Source: Octopus bimaculoides
Taxonomy: Eukaryota
DNA: 39,442 nt
NCBI RefSeq assembly: GCF_001194135.2
Contig: NC_069002.1
Coordinates: forward strand, 13,143,637-13,183,078
Direction of reading: 5' to 3'
Under the pieces are notes generated by a model. That model searched no databases. It was not told where the DNA came from and saw nothing but the letters and a program-made list of their open reading frames with translations. A program made the translations under genes and the position numbers. Shown here in pieces: positions 1 to 10,504 of the stretch (position 1 is its first letter; each line of letters begins with the position of its first letter).

Positions 1-45
<45 letters not shown>

Positions 46-220
46 CTTTACCTCTTCTTCTGTCTTTGAAAATTCATCCTCCCCCCATCTCTCCTTGCTC
101 AATGTGTGTAGGAGACGGTCATGGTTGGAACGTCTCTGATCATACAGTCTCTGGACGATAATCGCCTCCTCTTCCCCTCTCTCCCATTTTAGCTTCACTG
201 CCAACTCCTCCATTGCCCAG

Positions 221-530
221 TGTGTGTATATAAATGTATGTGCTTGTGAGGACCTCAGTATGTATGCCTGTGTTGGTGTATGCCTGTATATGTATATGTG
301 TATGTATCTATATGTATGTGTGTCTATGTATGTATGCATGTCTGTGTATGAGTATGTCTGTGTATGAGTATGTCTGTGTGTCAATTGCGTATGCCTGTAT
401 GTGTTTGTGTGTCTCTGTGTGTATGCCTTATGTCTGTATGAATTATATGTGTATGCCTGTATGTATCAGTGTATGCCTGTTTGTGTATGGATGTGTGTGT
501 GTGTGTGTATGTGCCTGTTTGTGTATATGT
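221..530. repeat. Degenerate (TG/TA)n low-complexity tract; (CT)n at 1-41
   Basis: Directly visible. Confidence 0.9.
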
Positions 531-954
531 GGGATGAGTCATCCATAAGCCATTCATTTTGCTGTCCTGGGTTTAATGTCAGTTTATAGAAGACCTTTAT
601 CACTAACCACAACACTGTGACAAGGGTGGTGGTGCTGTATCCACCCCATTGATTGTGTCCTCCCCTTCTGACCTCTGGTTGACACTCAACAAGAAAACCA
701 CATCAGTGAACCTGACAAACAAACAAACAAACCTCCATGATGCTTGCTCTACAAGAAACAACTAAATCTCCTTTGGATCACACACACAGTCTTATTCTTT
801 ATTTCCTTGAGTTCAAATCTTATTGAGATCAACTTTGATTTTCCTCTTTCTGGGTCAATGAAATAAAGGACCAGTCAGATACTTGGGTGGGAGTGGGGGT
901 CTCACCCCCATCAACCCCTGCCATCCTCTTCAAACTGCTGGCCTTGGACCTAAA

Positions 955-1208
955 TGAACCCTTTAATATTTAGATTTCACTGCCAAATGTAATATGCTTA
1001 TTTATTCATGATTACTCTTTTATTTACTTGTTTCAGTCATTTGACTGTGGCCATGCTGGAGCACCGCCTTATTCTTTGTAAGCCCAGTACTTATTCTATT
1101 GGTCTCTTTTGCTGAACCACTAAGTTACGGGGACGTAAACACACCAGCGTCGGTTGTCAAGCAATGTTGAGGGGACAAACACAGACACACAAACATATAA
1201 ACACACAT

Positions 1209-1243
<35 letters not shown>

Positions 1244-1617
1244 NNNNNNNNNNNNNNNNNNNNNNNNNNNNNNNNNNNNNNNNNNNNNNNNNNNNNNNNN
1301 NNNNNNNNNNNNNNNNNNNNNNNNNTATATATACATATATACGACAGGCTTCTTTCAGTTTCCGTCTACCAAATCCACTCACAAGGCTTTGGTCGGCCCG
1401 AGGCTACAGTAGAAGACACTTGCCCAAGGTGCCGCACAGTGGGACTGAACCCGGAACCATGTGGTTCGTAAGCTAGCTACTTACCACACAGCCACTCCTG
1501 CGCCCATAAATCATTTCTAGAATAATATTGTCGAATAAGTATAAGGGGCCTGATCTGGCCAGTTTGAAGATGAAACCAGGTAGATTATTTTGGCTGGTTT
1601 AAATGCTAAAGGGTTAA
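955..1617 (+). mobile_element. TTAA-CCC (piggyBac-like) MITE interrupted by SINE A
   Basis: Left end TGAACCCTTTAATATT, right end AATGCTAAAGGGTTAA; internal blocks shared with 14685-14951. Confidence 0.7.
1014..1504 (-). mobile_element. SINE family A (tRNA-like head, CORE-like CCTTGGGCAAGTGTCTT block, internal (TA)n, GTAAAAGA tail)
   Basis: Near-identical to the copies at 2294, 5624 and 11149. N-gap in the central microsatellite; 27-nt deletion at 1070/1071. Confidence 0.9.
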
Positions 1618-1642
1618 AAAAAGGATTATTTTTAGGTGGTAG

Positions 1643-1862
1643 AAAGTGGTATACTGGCTGAATCATTAGCACACCAGACAAAATGCATAGCAGCTTCTAC
1701 ATTCATCTTTACATTCTGAGGTTTTGAGTTCAAATACTGCCGAGGTCAACTTTGCCTTTCATCCTTTTGGAGGTTAATGATATAAGTACCATTTGAGCAC
1801 TGGGGAGCCTCCTTCTCCTCCTCCAAAATTTCAGGTCTTGTGCCTATAATAGAAAAGGTTAT
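1643..1862 (+). mobile_element. SINE family D (central GTCAACTTTGCCTTTCATCCTTT..ATAAGTACCA block, Meta/MESC-like from memory)
   Basis: Shared with the copies at 14466, 15238, 16822 and 33161-34290. Confidence 0.75.
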
Positions 1863-2293
1863 CAAGGATGGTGGATTGGCAAAATTATTATTTTAGTGGT
1901 GATATTGTTGTTTGTGTTGTATTGTTTGCCTGTTTTATTTTGTATCCCCTTTGATATTGGAATCAATGAGTCTTTGTGCTTCTTGCCGCTATGTGTGAAG
2001 TGCTGTACATGGTGTGGAATCGTATGCCATAACTAGGAATATAACACTTGACAATATAAAAGTATGACTGTCCAATTTCTCTTTTAGACTTTGCTTTTTT
2101 TTCTCTCACTTATGTACAACTAACCGATAATGTGTACACACAGACACACACACATAAAAGCAAAGTAGCTTGTTAGAAAATCTCTACCAAACAGCCATGT
2201 TGAAGTGGCAATTAACATTACTTCTCTCTTTCTCTCTTCCTCCCTTTCACTCTCCTTCTCTCTACATTTTGTGTGTGTATGTGTGTGTATGTA

Positions 2294-2696
2294 GGCGCAG
2301 GAGTGGCTGTGTGGTAAGTAGCTTGCTTACCAACCACATGGTTCCGGGTTCAGTCCCACTGCGTGGCACCTTGGGCAGGTGTCTTCTACTATAGCCTCGG
2401 GCTGACCAATGCCTTGTGAGTGGATTTGGTAGACGGAAACTGAAAGAAGCCCGTTGTATATATATATATAAACATATATATATATACATGTTTGTGTGTC
2501 TGTGTTTGTCCCCCCACCATCGCATGACAACCGATGCTGGTGTGTTTACGTCCCCGTAACTTAGTGGTTTGGCAAAAAGAGACCAATAAAATAAGTACTA
2601 GGCTTACAAAGAAGAAGTCCTGGGGTCGATTTGCTCAACTATAGAGGGTGCTCCAGCATGGCTGCAGTCAAATGACTGAAACAAGTAAAAGAGTAA
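2294..2696 (+). mobile_element. SINE family A, full length
   Basis: Runs from GGCGCAGGAGTGGCTGTGTGGTAAG through the B-box-like GGTTCAGTCC and (TA)n to AACAAGTAAAAGAGTAA. Confidence 0.92.
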
Positions 2697-2925
2697 ATAT
2701 ATACATATATTTATTTTATTTAATAAACACAATATATATTTGTATGAGCTATTAGTTTCATGTGATGAAAACAGCTCAGAGAGCATGGATACAGCCTGAG
2801 GATTGCAAGCATGAAGGCACCAGACGTTAAAAAATGCTGTCTACATCCCCATACCAGTGGCATGTAAAAAGCAAGCTCTCGTAAACATATAATAATTCTA
2901 GTGAAATGCATTCACTGATTTAACT

Positions 2926-3148
2926 GCTTGACAGGCATCTCCAACTAGCAGGCCATTGCTATTCCAGACTAATGACGAGCAAAGACTCAGAAACATGTCT
3001 CTGGATGCAGGCTTCGCTGGGTGGAGGTACTCGTCTCCCCTTTGTAAACATGAGGACACAGGAAATGTGTCAAGGCTGACAGGAAGCAGTGCAGTTTCCT
3101 AGGGCTAAATAGCAGTAGTATTATTCCCTTCATGGGACTGTCACATTA
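2926..3148 (+). ncRNA. Retrozyme-like unit 1 with degenerate type I hammerhead (fold 2963-3005; G5A)
   Basis: Reads TCCAGA-CTAATGA-C-GAGcaaagaCTC-A-GAAA-CATG-TC-TCTGGA: 6-bp stem I, palindromic ACATGT stem III, GUC site ending at 2999. Stem I extends to GACAGGCATCTCCA (2930-2943) pairing with 3022-3035. Confidence 0.7.
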
Positions 3149-3277
3149 AGTTGACAGTATACAACTACTTTATCGCATCACTACTGCTTAAATCTCTCTG
3201 AGAAATTTAGAAATGTATTATTTCTATTTTTGAAATCAGTGAATGTGTTTCACTAGAATTATTATATGTTTATGAAA

Positions 3278-3502
3278 GCTTGACAGGTATATCTCCAACT
3301 AGCAGGCCATTGCTACTTCAGACTGATAACGAGCAAAGATTCAGAAACATGTCTCTGGATGCAGGCTTAGCTGGGTGGAGATGCTTGTCTCTCCCTTGTA
3401 AACATAAGGACACAGGAAATGTGTCAAGGCCGACAGGAAGCGGTGCAACTTCCTAGGTCTAATCAACAGTAGTATTATTCTCTTCATGGAACTGTCACAT
3501 TA
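3278..3502 (+). ncRNA. Retrozyme-like unit 2 with degenerate type I hammerhead (fold 3317-3359; G8A)
   Basis: Reads TTCAGA-CTGATAA-C-GAGcaaagaTTC-A-GAAA-CATG-TC-TCTGGA. Direct repeat of unit 1. The stem I and II differences become G-U wobbles. GUC site ends at 3353. Confidence 0.7.
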
Positions 3503-3934
3503 GGAAATAATTATGTTAAATTCAAATATGTGAATGGAAATTAAATTTAATTTGTAGTTGAAATAGTACTGAATCTTTTGATACCCCAAACGTCAAAATC
3601 TGTAACTCGGTTTTGGAAAGCGTAAGGAATATATATCAATAATGCAGACCTTTACATGGTAGCTAGACCTGGTGGAAATAACAGCTAAATCTCCCTCCAA
3701 ACACCCTACTGTCTTACTCCGACAATTCTGCCTATTATGTAGTTTGAATGAGAAACTAACTAAAGATTAAGATTATTAACCCCACACAGAGAGGAAAGAA
3801 GAGAGACAGCATAGCGACGGTTTTGGCTGACTGTCATCCTGTATTCCCCTTGTTGCTAGTGAAATGGTATATGCAAAGATAGCGATTCTCACTTTGAAAC
3901 TAACGATTTTGAAAATCATTTTAGATTATGGAAC

Positions 3935-4042
3935 GCCCAGGCTATAGTAGAAGGCACCTGCCCAAGGTGCCACGCAGTGGGACTGAACCCGGAACCATGT
4001 GGTTGGTAAGCAAGCTACTTACCACACAGCCACTTCTGCGCC
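3935..4042 (-). mobile_element. SINE family A head fragment
   Basis: Matches the first ~105 nt of the other A copies. Confidence 0.85.
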
Positions 4043-4466
4043 TTTTAGGTTAAGTTTTATTTGTGAAATACAGTTGCTTTGAATTTGCTTCAGAAAGAGN
4101 NNNNNNNNNNNNNNNNNNNNNNNNNNNNNNNNNNNNNNNNNNNNNNNNNNNNNNNNNNNNNNNNNNNNNNNNNNNNNNNNNNNNNNNNNNNNNNNNNNNN
4201 NNNNNNNNNNNNNNNNNNNNNNNNNNNNNNNNNNNNNNNNNNNNNNNNNNNNNNNNNNNNNNNNNNNNNNNNNNNNNNNNNNNNNNNNNNNNNNNNNNNN
4301 NNNNNNNNNNNNNNNNNNNNNNNNNNNNNNNNNNNNNNNNNNNNNNNNNNNNNNNNNNNNNNNNNNNNNNNNNNNNNNNNNNNNNNNNNNNNNNNNNNNN
4401 NNNNNNNNNNNNNNNNNNNNNNNNNNNNNNNNNNNNNNNNNNNNNNNNNNNNNNNNNNNNNNNNNN

Positions 4467-4809
4467 CCAGTTGATCCGATCAACGGAACAGCCTGCTCGT
4501 GAAATTAACGTGCAAGTGGCTGAGCACTCCACAGACACACGTACCCTTAACATAGTTCTCGGGGATATTCAGCGTGACACATAGCGTGACAAGGCTGACC
4601 CTTTGAATTACAGGCACAACAGAAACAGGAAGAAAGAGTGAGAGAAAGTTGTGGTGAAAGAGTACAGTAGGGTTCGCCACCATCCCCTGCCGGAGCCTCG
4701 TGGAGCTTTTAGGTGTTTTCACTCAATAAACACTCACAACGCCCCGGTCTGGGAATCGAAACCGCGATCCTATGACCGCGAGTCCGCTGCCCTAACCACT
4801 GCGCCTCCA
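4467..4809 (-). mobile_element. SINE family B (tRNA-like head), 3' end in the gap
   Basis: Reverse complement of the B consensus seen at 30880 and 38349; 8-nt deletion in the head. Confidence 0.9.
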
Positions 4810-5292
4810 CAAACTCTGACCCATACAAGCATGGAAAAGTGAATGTTAAAATGATGATGATGCTGTTGATGAAATATTGTTAAGCTACAAACAGCTAAGT
4901 TTGACTGATTGTACGATAAAGTTGTGGTTGTATGTGCATGTGTATGTATGGCCATGTGGGGATGTCAGCAGCAGCTTGTGATAGACTATATGTTTATTTA
5001 TTTATAATTTTAAGTATACTCCAGTTATTCAATAATTTTCACATTATAGAATTAGGTCAAAGCAATCTACTTTAGCTGGTAATTAGCTAAAAACTGTTTG
5101 TGTTTTTTTTTGATCATCTAATGAATGTGCATGTGTGTGTGTGTGTGTATATATAGAGTGTATGTATGTATGTATATATCCATGTATATAAAGATGGGAT
5201 TGGTTTATAATCTAAATTATTAGGTTGATATTCAGAGAAATTGGAAGAGTTTTGGATTTTGTCTTTGGAATATAGATGTAGAGTGGGAAGAC

Positions 5293-5507
5293 AGTCCAGG
5301 GGAAATAGACCCCCACCCTTGCCTGTATCATCATCATCACGTTAATGTTCACTTTCCCAAATTCATATTAATTGGACAGAATTTGTTAAGGTGGATTTTC
5401 TATGGCTGGATGCTTTTCCAGTTGCCAACCTTTTCTTGTTTCCGATTGAAGTAGTATCTCTCCATGATCAGAAATGTTTTCGCAAAATATGAGAAGCTGT
5501 AAATCTC
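5293..5507 (+). repeat. Local duplication, copy 1 (partner 9739-9950)
   Basis: 4 substitutions plus one 3-nt indel over ~215 bp. Confidence 0.9.
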
Positions 5508-5511
5508 GGTA

Positions 5512-6149
5512 TCAACCCTTTAGTGTTTAGATTACTGCATGAAAAGGAATAATATTTATCTGTTCACATTACTTTGAATTAATCATGCATATCTTGTAGC
5601 TTTAAGTTTTTGATGAAATGATTACTCTTTACTCTTTTACTCTATTACTTGTTTCAGTCATTTGACTGCGGCCATGCTGGAGCATCGCCTTTAGTCGAGC
5701 AAATCGACCCTAGGACTTATTCTATCGGTCTCTTTTGCCGAACCGCTAAGTTACGGGGACGTAAACACACCAGCATCGGTTGTCAAGTGATGTTGAGGGG
5801 ACAAACACAGACACACAAACATATACACACACATACATACATATATATATATATATATACATATATACGACAGGCTTCTTTTAGTTTCCGTCTACCAAAT
5901 CCACTCACAAGGCTTTGGTCGGCCCAAGGCTGTAGTAGAAGACACTTGCCCAAGCTACCACGCAGTGGGACTGAACCCAGAACCATGTGGTTGGTAAGCA
6001 AGCTACTTACCACACAGCCCCTCCTGCGCCTATGATTCTTTATTTTTTAAAACAACATTGTAGAGTAGGTGTATGAGGCTGGGTCTCGCCAATTTGAACA
6101 CAAAACAATATTTGGATGGATATGGCTGATGTAAATGTTAAAGTGTTAA
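5512..6149 (+). mobile_element. TTAA-CCC MITE interrupted by SINE A
   Basis: TCAACCCTTTAGTGTTT...AAATGTTAAAGTGTTAA; internal homology to the other copies. Confidence 0.7.
5624..6030 (-). mobile_element. SINE family A, full length, nested in a TTAA MITE
   Basis: Flanked by the ATGATT direct repeat (5618-5623 and 6032-6037). 22-nt deletion between ACTTATTCT repeats near 5723. Confidence 0.92.
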
Positions 6150-6600
6150 GACCTTTATTTCTCTCTCTCTCCCCAAAGAAGGACATCTTTTCTGAAACAT
6201 TAGACTTGACATCTTCCTCACAACACAAGTATTTTCTTTTATCTAAACTATTTGTTTAACGATTTTACCAACAGAGAACATTACTAATTTTACTGGATTC
6301 TACTGTTTTACTAAATACCATTTTCATTATCCAGACTGTCTCACTGCAGTGCCTTAAAGGCGATCATTTAGCCAAGTACCTCTGCCAAGGGGTAATTGCT
6401 CAATGAGAGCTGATCTAGGGCCACACTGTAACAATTACAACTGGACTTGACTTTTTCCCCAGCACTCAACTGCCCAGTCATATTACGTCCACATCAACAT
6501 AAGTAAGCTTTGGCCTGTCCAGTCACACTCTTTGCTCATACACAATTCATCTTTCATGCAAATTCATTTTGGGCTTATACGTCATCCACTAATCTCTCTC

Positions 6601-6668
<68 letters not shown>

Positions 6669-6906
6669 GCCACAGATCTTCCATGTTCAATGTTTGCATC
6701 TTGTTATCCTGTTGACATTACAAACTATCATGTTTCCATGCAGGATAGGGTGGAGGAGAGACTGTTGCTAAGTGAACTAACGATTCTCTTGTCTCCTTCC
6801 ACCCTCTTCTTTTTTTCTTTTTACTAAAGGGGAGCCAAGAAGCCGATAAGGTGACGTGCAGCTAAATCTACCTCAAAACGTACATGTTTCTGCCTTAAAT
6901 AAAGAT

Positions 6907-7034
6907 GGATGTTGTAATCTTTGGATGTTGTAATCTTTGGATGTTGTAATCTTTGGATGTTGTAATGTTTGGATGTTGTAATCTTTGGATGTTGTAATGT
7001 TTGGATGTTGTAATGTTTGGATGTTGTAATCTTT
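6907..7034. repeat. Minisatellite, 8 x 16 bp (GGATGTTGTAATSTTT)
   Basis: Eight contiguous units differing only by C/G at one position (order C,C,C,G,C,G,G,C). Confidence 0.95.
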
Positions 7035-7361
7035 GACATACGGAGATGAAATGCTTTTTAATTATAAGTCCTTTCAATTAGGGTTGAGCTGGGAGTAAAT
7101 AACATCTTGGTCAACTTCAGTATTTTATTTTGAAGTCCGGTACTTATGAATCCTTATCTTATGGGACATAAGCAATGACATTTTTGCATACTTTCCGTCT
7201 AATTTCACTCGAAAGGCATTTCTTAAGCATAAGACTGAGAAGATGCTTACCCAAGGTGCCGTGGAGTGGATCAAACTTGAGATCTCCTGGTTGTGAAGTG
7301 AAGTCTTTAACTGCAGAATGTTTTCTACGTTTCTATATTTATCAAGTGTAACAAGAACAAT

Positions 7362-7467
7362 ATCATCATCATCATCATCATCATCGTTTAACGTCCGCTT
7401 TCCATGCTAGCATGGGTTGGACGATTTGACTGAGGACTGGTGAAACCAGATGGCAACACCAGGCTCC
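7362..7467 (-). mobile_element. RTE-type 3' end fragment
   Basis: (CAT)n followed by CGTTTAACGTCCGCTTTCCATGCTAGCATGGGTTGG; matches the 21770-22060 copy. Confidence 0.85.
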
Positions 7468-7491
7468 TGACTTTTTCAAAATTTGCAATAT

Positions 7492-7650
7492 AGGTGCAGG
7501 TGTGGTTGTGTGGTAAGACACTTGCTTTCCCACCACATAGTTCCAGGTTCAGTACCACTGTGTAATACCTTGGGCAAGTGTCTTCTACTATAGCCATGGG
7601 CCAACTGAAAGCCTTGAGTAGATTTGGTAGATGGAAACTGTAAAAGCTCG
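7492..7650 (+). mobile_element. Older SINE family A head
   Basis: Diverged match: GGTGCAGGTGTGGTTGTGTGGTAAG...CCTTGGGCAAGTGTCTTCTACTATAGCC. Confidence 0.8.
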
Positions 7651-8517
7651 TCAGATAAAAATATATATCGACATCCACCAGTTGCGAAGTACCATGGGGG
7701 AAGGGGACACAAAGACACGCACACATGCAGATTATGGTTTTTTAATGTTGTTTTCACTGTCCAATTTTTCCTGTCTGTGTTTGTTACCTTGGAATCCTCT
7801 GTTTCGTGGGTTAATCCACTACTCAGGAAGAAACTATTCTAAGAGTGCCCTGCCTTATCTTCAAAACGCCTAGTTTTAGAATAGAGGCAGCTGATAAAGG
7901 AATAATTCCATAAGTGGCTTGTTTGTTTTCCTATGTGTTCGTTCTGTTGTCTGTAAACAAAGTCCGTTTTGTTTTTATGCTCCCGTTCATTTTTCTAATG
8001 TCTTGTACCCGAACATGCATCTATATATACATGTAGATGTAGATATACATGCATATGCTTATATATCATTTGTTTTAGTATATATATATATATATATNNN
8101 NNNNNNNNNNNNNNNNNNNNNNNNNNNNNNNNNNNNNNNNNNNNNNNNNNNNNNNNNNNNNNNNNNNNNNNNNNNNNNNNNNNNNNNNNNNNNNNNNNNN
8201 NNNNNNNNNNNNNNNNNNNNNNNNNNNNNNNNNNNNNNNNNNNNNNNNNNNNNNNNNNNNNTTTAAAATGAAATTCCATTATGCAGCTAAGGAGTACATT
8301 TTCATTGTACATTCTATGTAGTGTTCTCACTACATGAATAAATGGAGCTTGTACGAAACGTACGTACTGCGATAACCTATTGAATTTTTGTTGCTTTTCT
8401 TCAAATTTTATTCACCAAATCTCTTGATTTTGTTTTTGGTTTTTACCCTACCAAATTCTGGTGCCGCAAACATTTTAAGTACCACATTTAATCTTTTGAT
8501 TAAATCTATATTATTAT

Positions 8518-8551
<34 letters not shown>

Positions 8552-8753
8552 ATTACAATCAAGGATAAAATCTATATAGTATTTTATCAAGTAGCTAGCA
8601 TGTAAAAACCAATTTAGGTAAAAATTAATACAAAGTATATAATTTTATAAATATAATTATAACATTATAATAAGGGCAACTACCAAGTAATGTTACATGC
8701 TAGCAGAAGATGCTAAATGGCTCTGAAACTACTTTATTTATCACATAGACATG

Positions 8754-8847
8754 GGCTGAAAGCGAGGGAATGAACAAAAAAGATTTTTGAAAAAGTTTTT
8801 GAAAAACTTTCAAAAAATCTTTTTTGTTTATTCCCTTGTTTTCAGCC
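8754..8847. repeat. Near-perfect 94-bp palindrome
   Basis: The arms GGCTGAAAGCGAGGGAATGAACAAAAAAGATTTTTGAAAAAGTTTTT and its imperfect reverse complement meet at G8801. Confidence 0.9.
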
Positions 8848-9420
8848 TTAAAATTTCCTGAAAACCGTTTTATTCCTGCTTTCTGCGATGCAAAGAGTAA
8901 CTAACTGGGATTAAGGACAGAGACCCACAATGTGTACAAGATGTCTTGGCACAGCTGTTTTGGTGCTGCTTGTTCAGCACCACAGATTTCATGCTGACTT
9001 ATTTGACATCAGACGTTATAATGTCTTTGTTCTCTTTCTCCCCTCCCCAATCTCTCCCCATCCCCTTCGCCCCCCCCTCTGTGTGAACATGTTTCTATTT
9101 ATGTGTCTGAGAAGAGGGAAAGTGTTATTATGTCAAGTGTGTTTATGTAATACATTGTAATATCTCTCACTATCTCTGTATATATTTCTGCATGTGTGTG
9201 CGTGTGTGATTTTTGTCCCCATAGAGTCATAAGGTACAGTCACCAAAACACACTGCGTGTCTAGTCAGCCGTGAAAAGTTGTCTCATTTTCACCTGCAAT
9301 ATATAACCACGACAAGTACAAGTACGATATAAACTTGCATGTTCTGGCCTCTCACACCTACCTTACAATGTCATTATAAAAATAAACAATCGCATGATCA
9401 GAATTCTGAAGTGACAAGAT

Positions 9421-9712
9421 TCATCATCATCATCATCATTTAACGTCCTCTTTCCATGCTAGCATGGGTTGGACGATTTGACTGGGGACTGGTGAAACCA
9501 GATGGCAACACCAGGCTCCAATCTGATTTGGCAGAGTTTCTACAGCTGGATGCCCTTCCTAACGTCAACCACTCAGAGAGTGTAGTGGGTGCTTTTACGT
9601 GCCACCCGCACGAAGGCCAGTCAGGCGGTACTGGCAACGGCCACGCTCAAATGGTGTATTTTATGTGCCACCCGCACAAGAGCCAGTCCAGGGGCACTGG
9701 CAACGATCTCGC
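9421..9712 (-). mobile_element. RTE-type 3' end, young subfamily
   Basis: Reverse complement of 21770-22060 with high identity. Confidence 0.9.
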
Positions 9713-9738
9713 TTGAAAGATGAGGGGGAAAAAATAAA

Positions 9739-9950
9739 AGTCCAGGGGAAATAGACCCCCACCCTTGCCTGTATCATCATCATCATGTTAATGTTCACTT
9801 TCCCAAGTTCATATTAATTGGACAGAATTTAAGGTGGATTTTCTATGGCTGGATGCTTTTCCAGTTGCCAACCTTCTCTTGTTTCCGATTGAAGTAGTAT
9901 CTCTCCATGATCAGAAATGTTTTCGCAAAATATGAAAAGCTGTAAATCTC
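9739..9950 (+). repeat. Local duplication, copy 2
   Basis: See copy 1. Confidence 0.9.
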
Positions 9951-9954
9951 AGTC

Positions 9955-10030
9955 CATTGTGTATGATTAATTCAAAGCAATGTGAATAAATAAGCATTAC
10001 ATTTGACAGAATGATCTGAATGCTACAGGA
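9955..10030 (-). mobile_element. TTAA MITE end fragment
   Basis: ATTAATTCAAAGCAATGTGAATAAATAAGCATTACATTTGACAGA..CTGAATGCTA matches 19151-19247. Confidence 0.65.
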
Positions 10031-10367
10031 TTTTACCGGTTGGTCTATGGGCTTGCCCCGTCTGTAAATGAATAACCTAATTTTTCTGCCACTCCCCCAC
10101 ATTCCTCTCTCCCCTTCTCTGATTCAAATAAATTTACGAACTAGAAGTTTTGATTTCTTTTCATTGCTGTCTTTTTCACCTTTTTGTATGAGAAGCACAC
10201 CCACTTTATTGTTTATCTCTGTATCATCATCATTTGACACCTGTCACTCTTTCTGTACTCACACGCATGCACACATACACCCACGCACACATGCACACAC
10301 ATTACATGATACACCAGTCACTACATATTTAATTGGATTCAAACAACTTTGTTTTTCGCCTATAAAA

Positions 10368-10370
<3 letters not shown>

Positions 10371-10429
<59 letters not shown>
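10371..10429. repeat. (CA)n microsatellite (others: (CT)n 6606-6667, (TG)n 11972-12007, (TA)n 39406-39442)
   Basis: Directly visible. Confidence 0.95.
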
Positions 10430-10434
<5 letters not shown>

Positions 10435-10504
10435 TTTTATATTACATATCACTACACCACACACTCTACCGAATATGTATAGATATAGGCATGATTGTTG
10501 CTCT

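Noticed and set aside
2932-3103. ~56-codon open frame in both tandem units (..SPTSRPLL.QT..EQR.RNMSLDAG..) after a TTGACAG acceptor-like site
   Set aside because: Differences between the copies are almost all non-synonymous, with no third-position bias in this frame, and a 2-nt indel shifts phase at the start. RNA structure explains the conservation better.
6907-7034. CRISPR-like array
   Set aside because: The repeats are contiguous with no unique spacers, and the context is eukaryotic.
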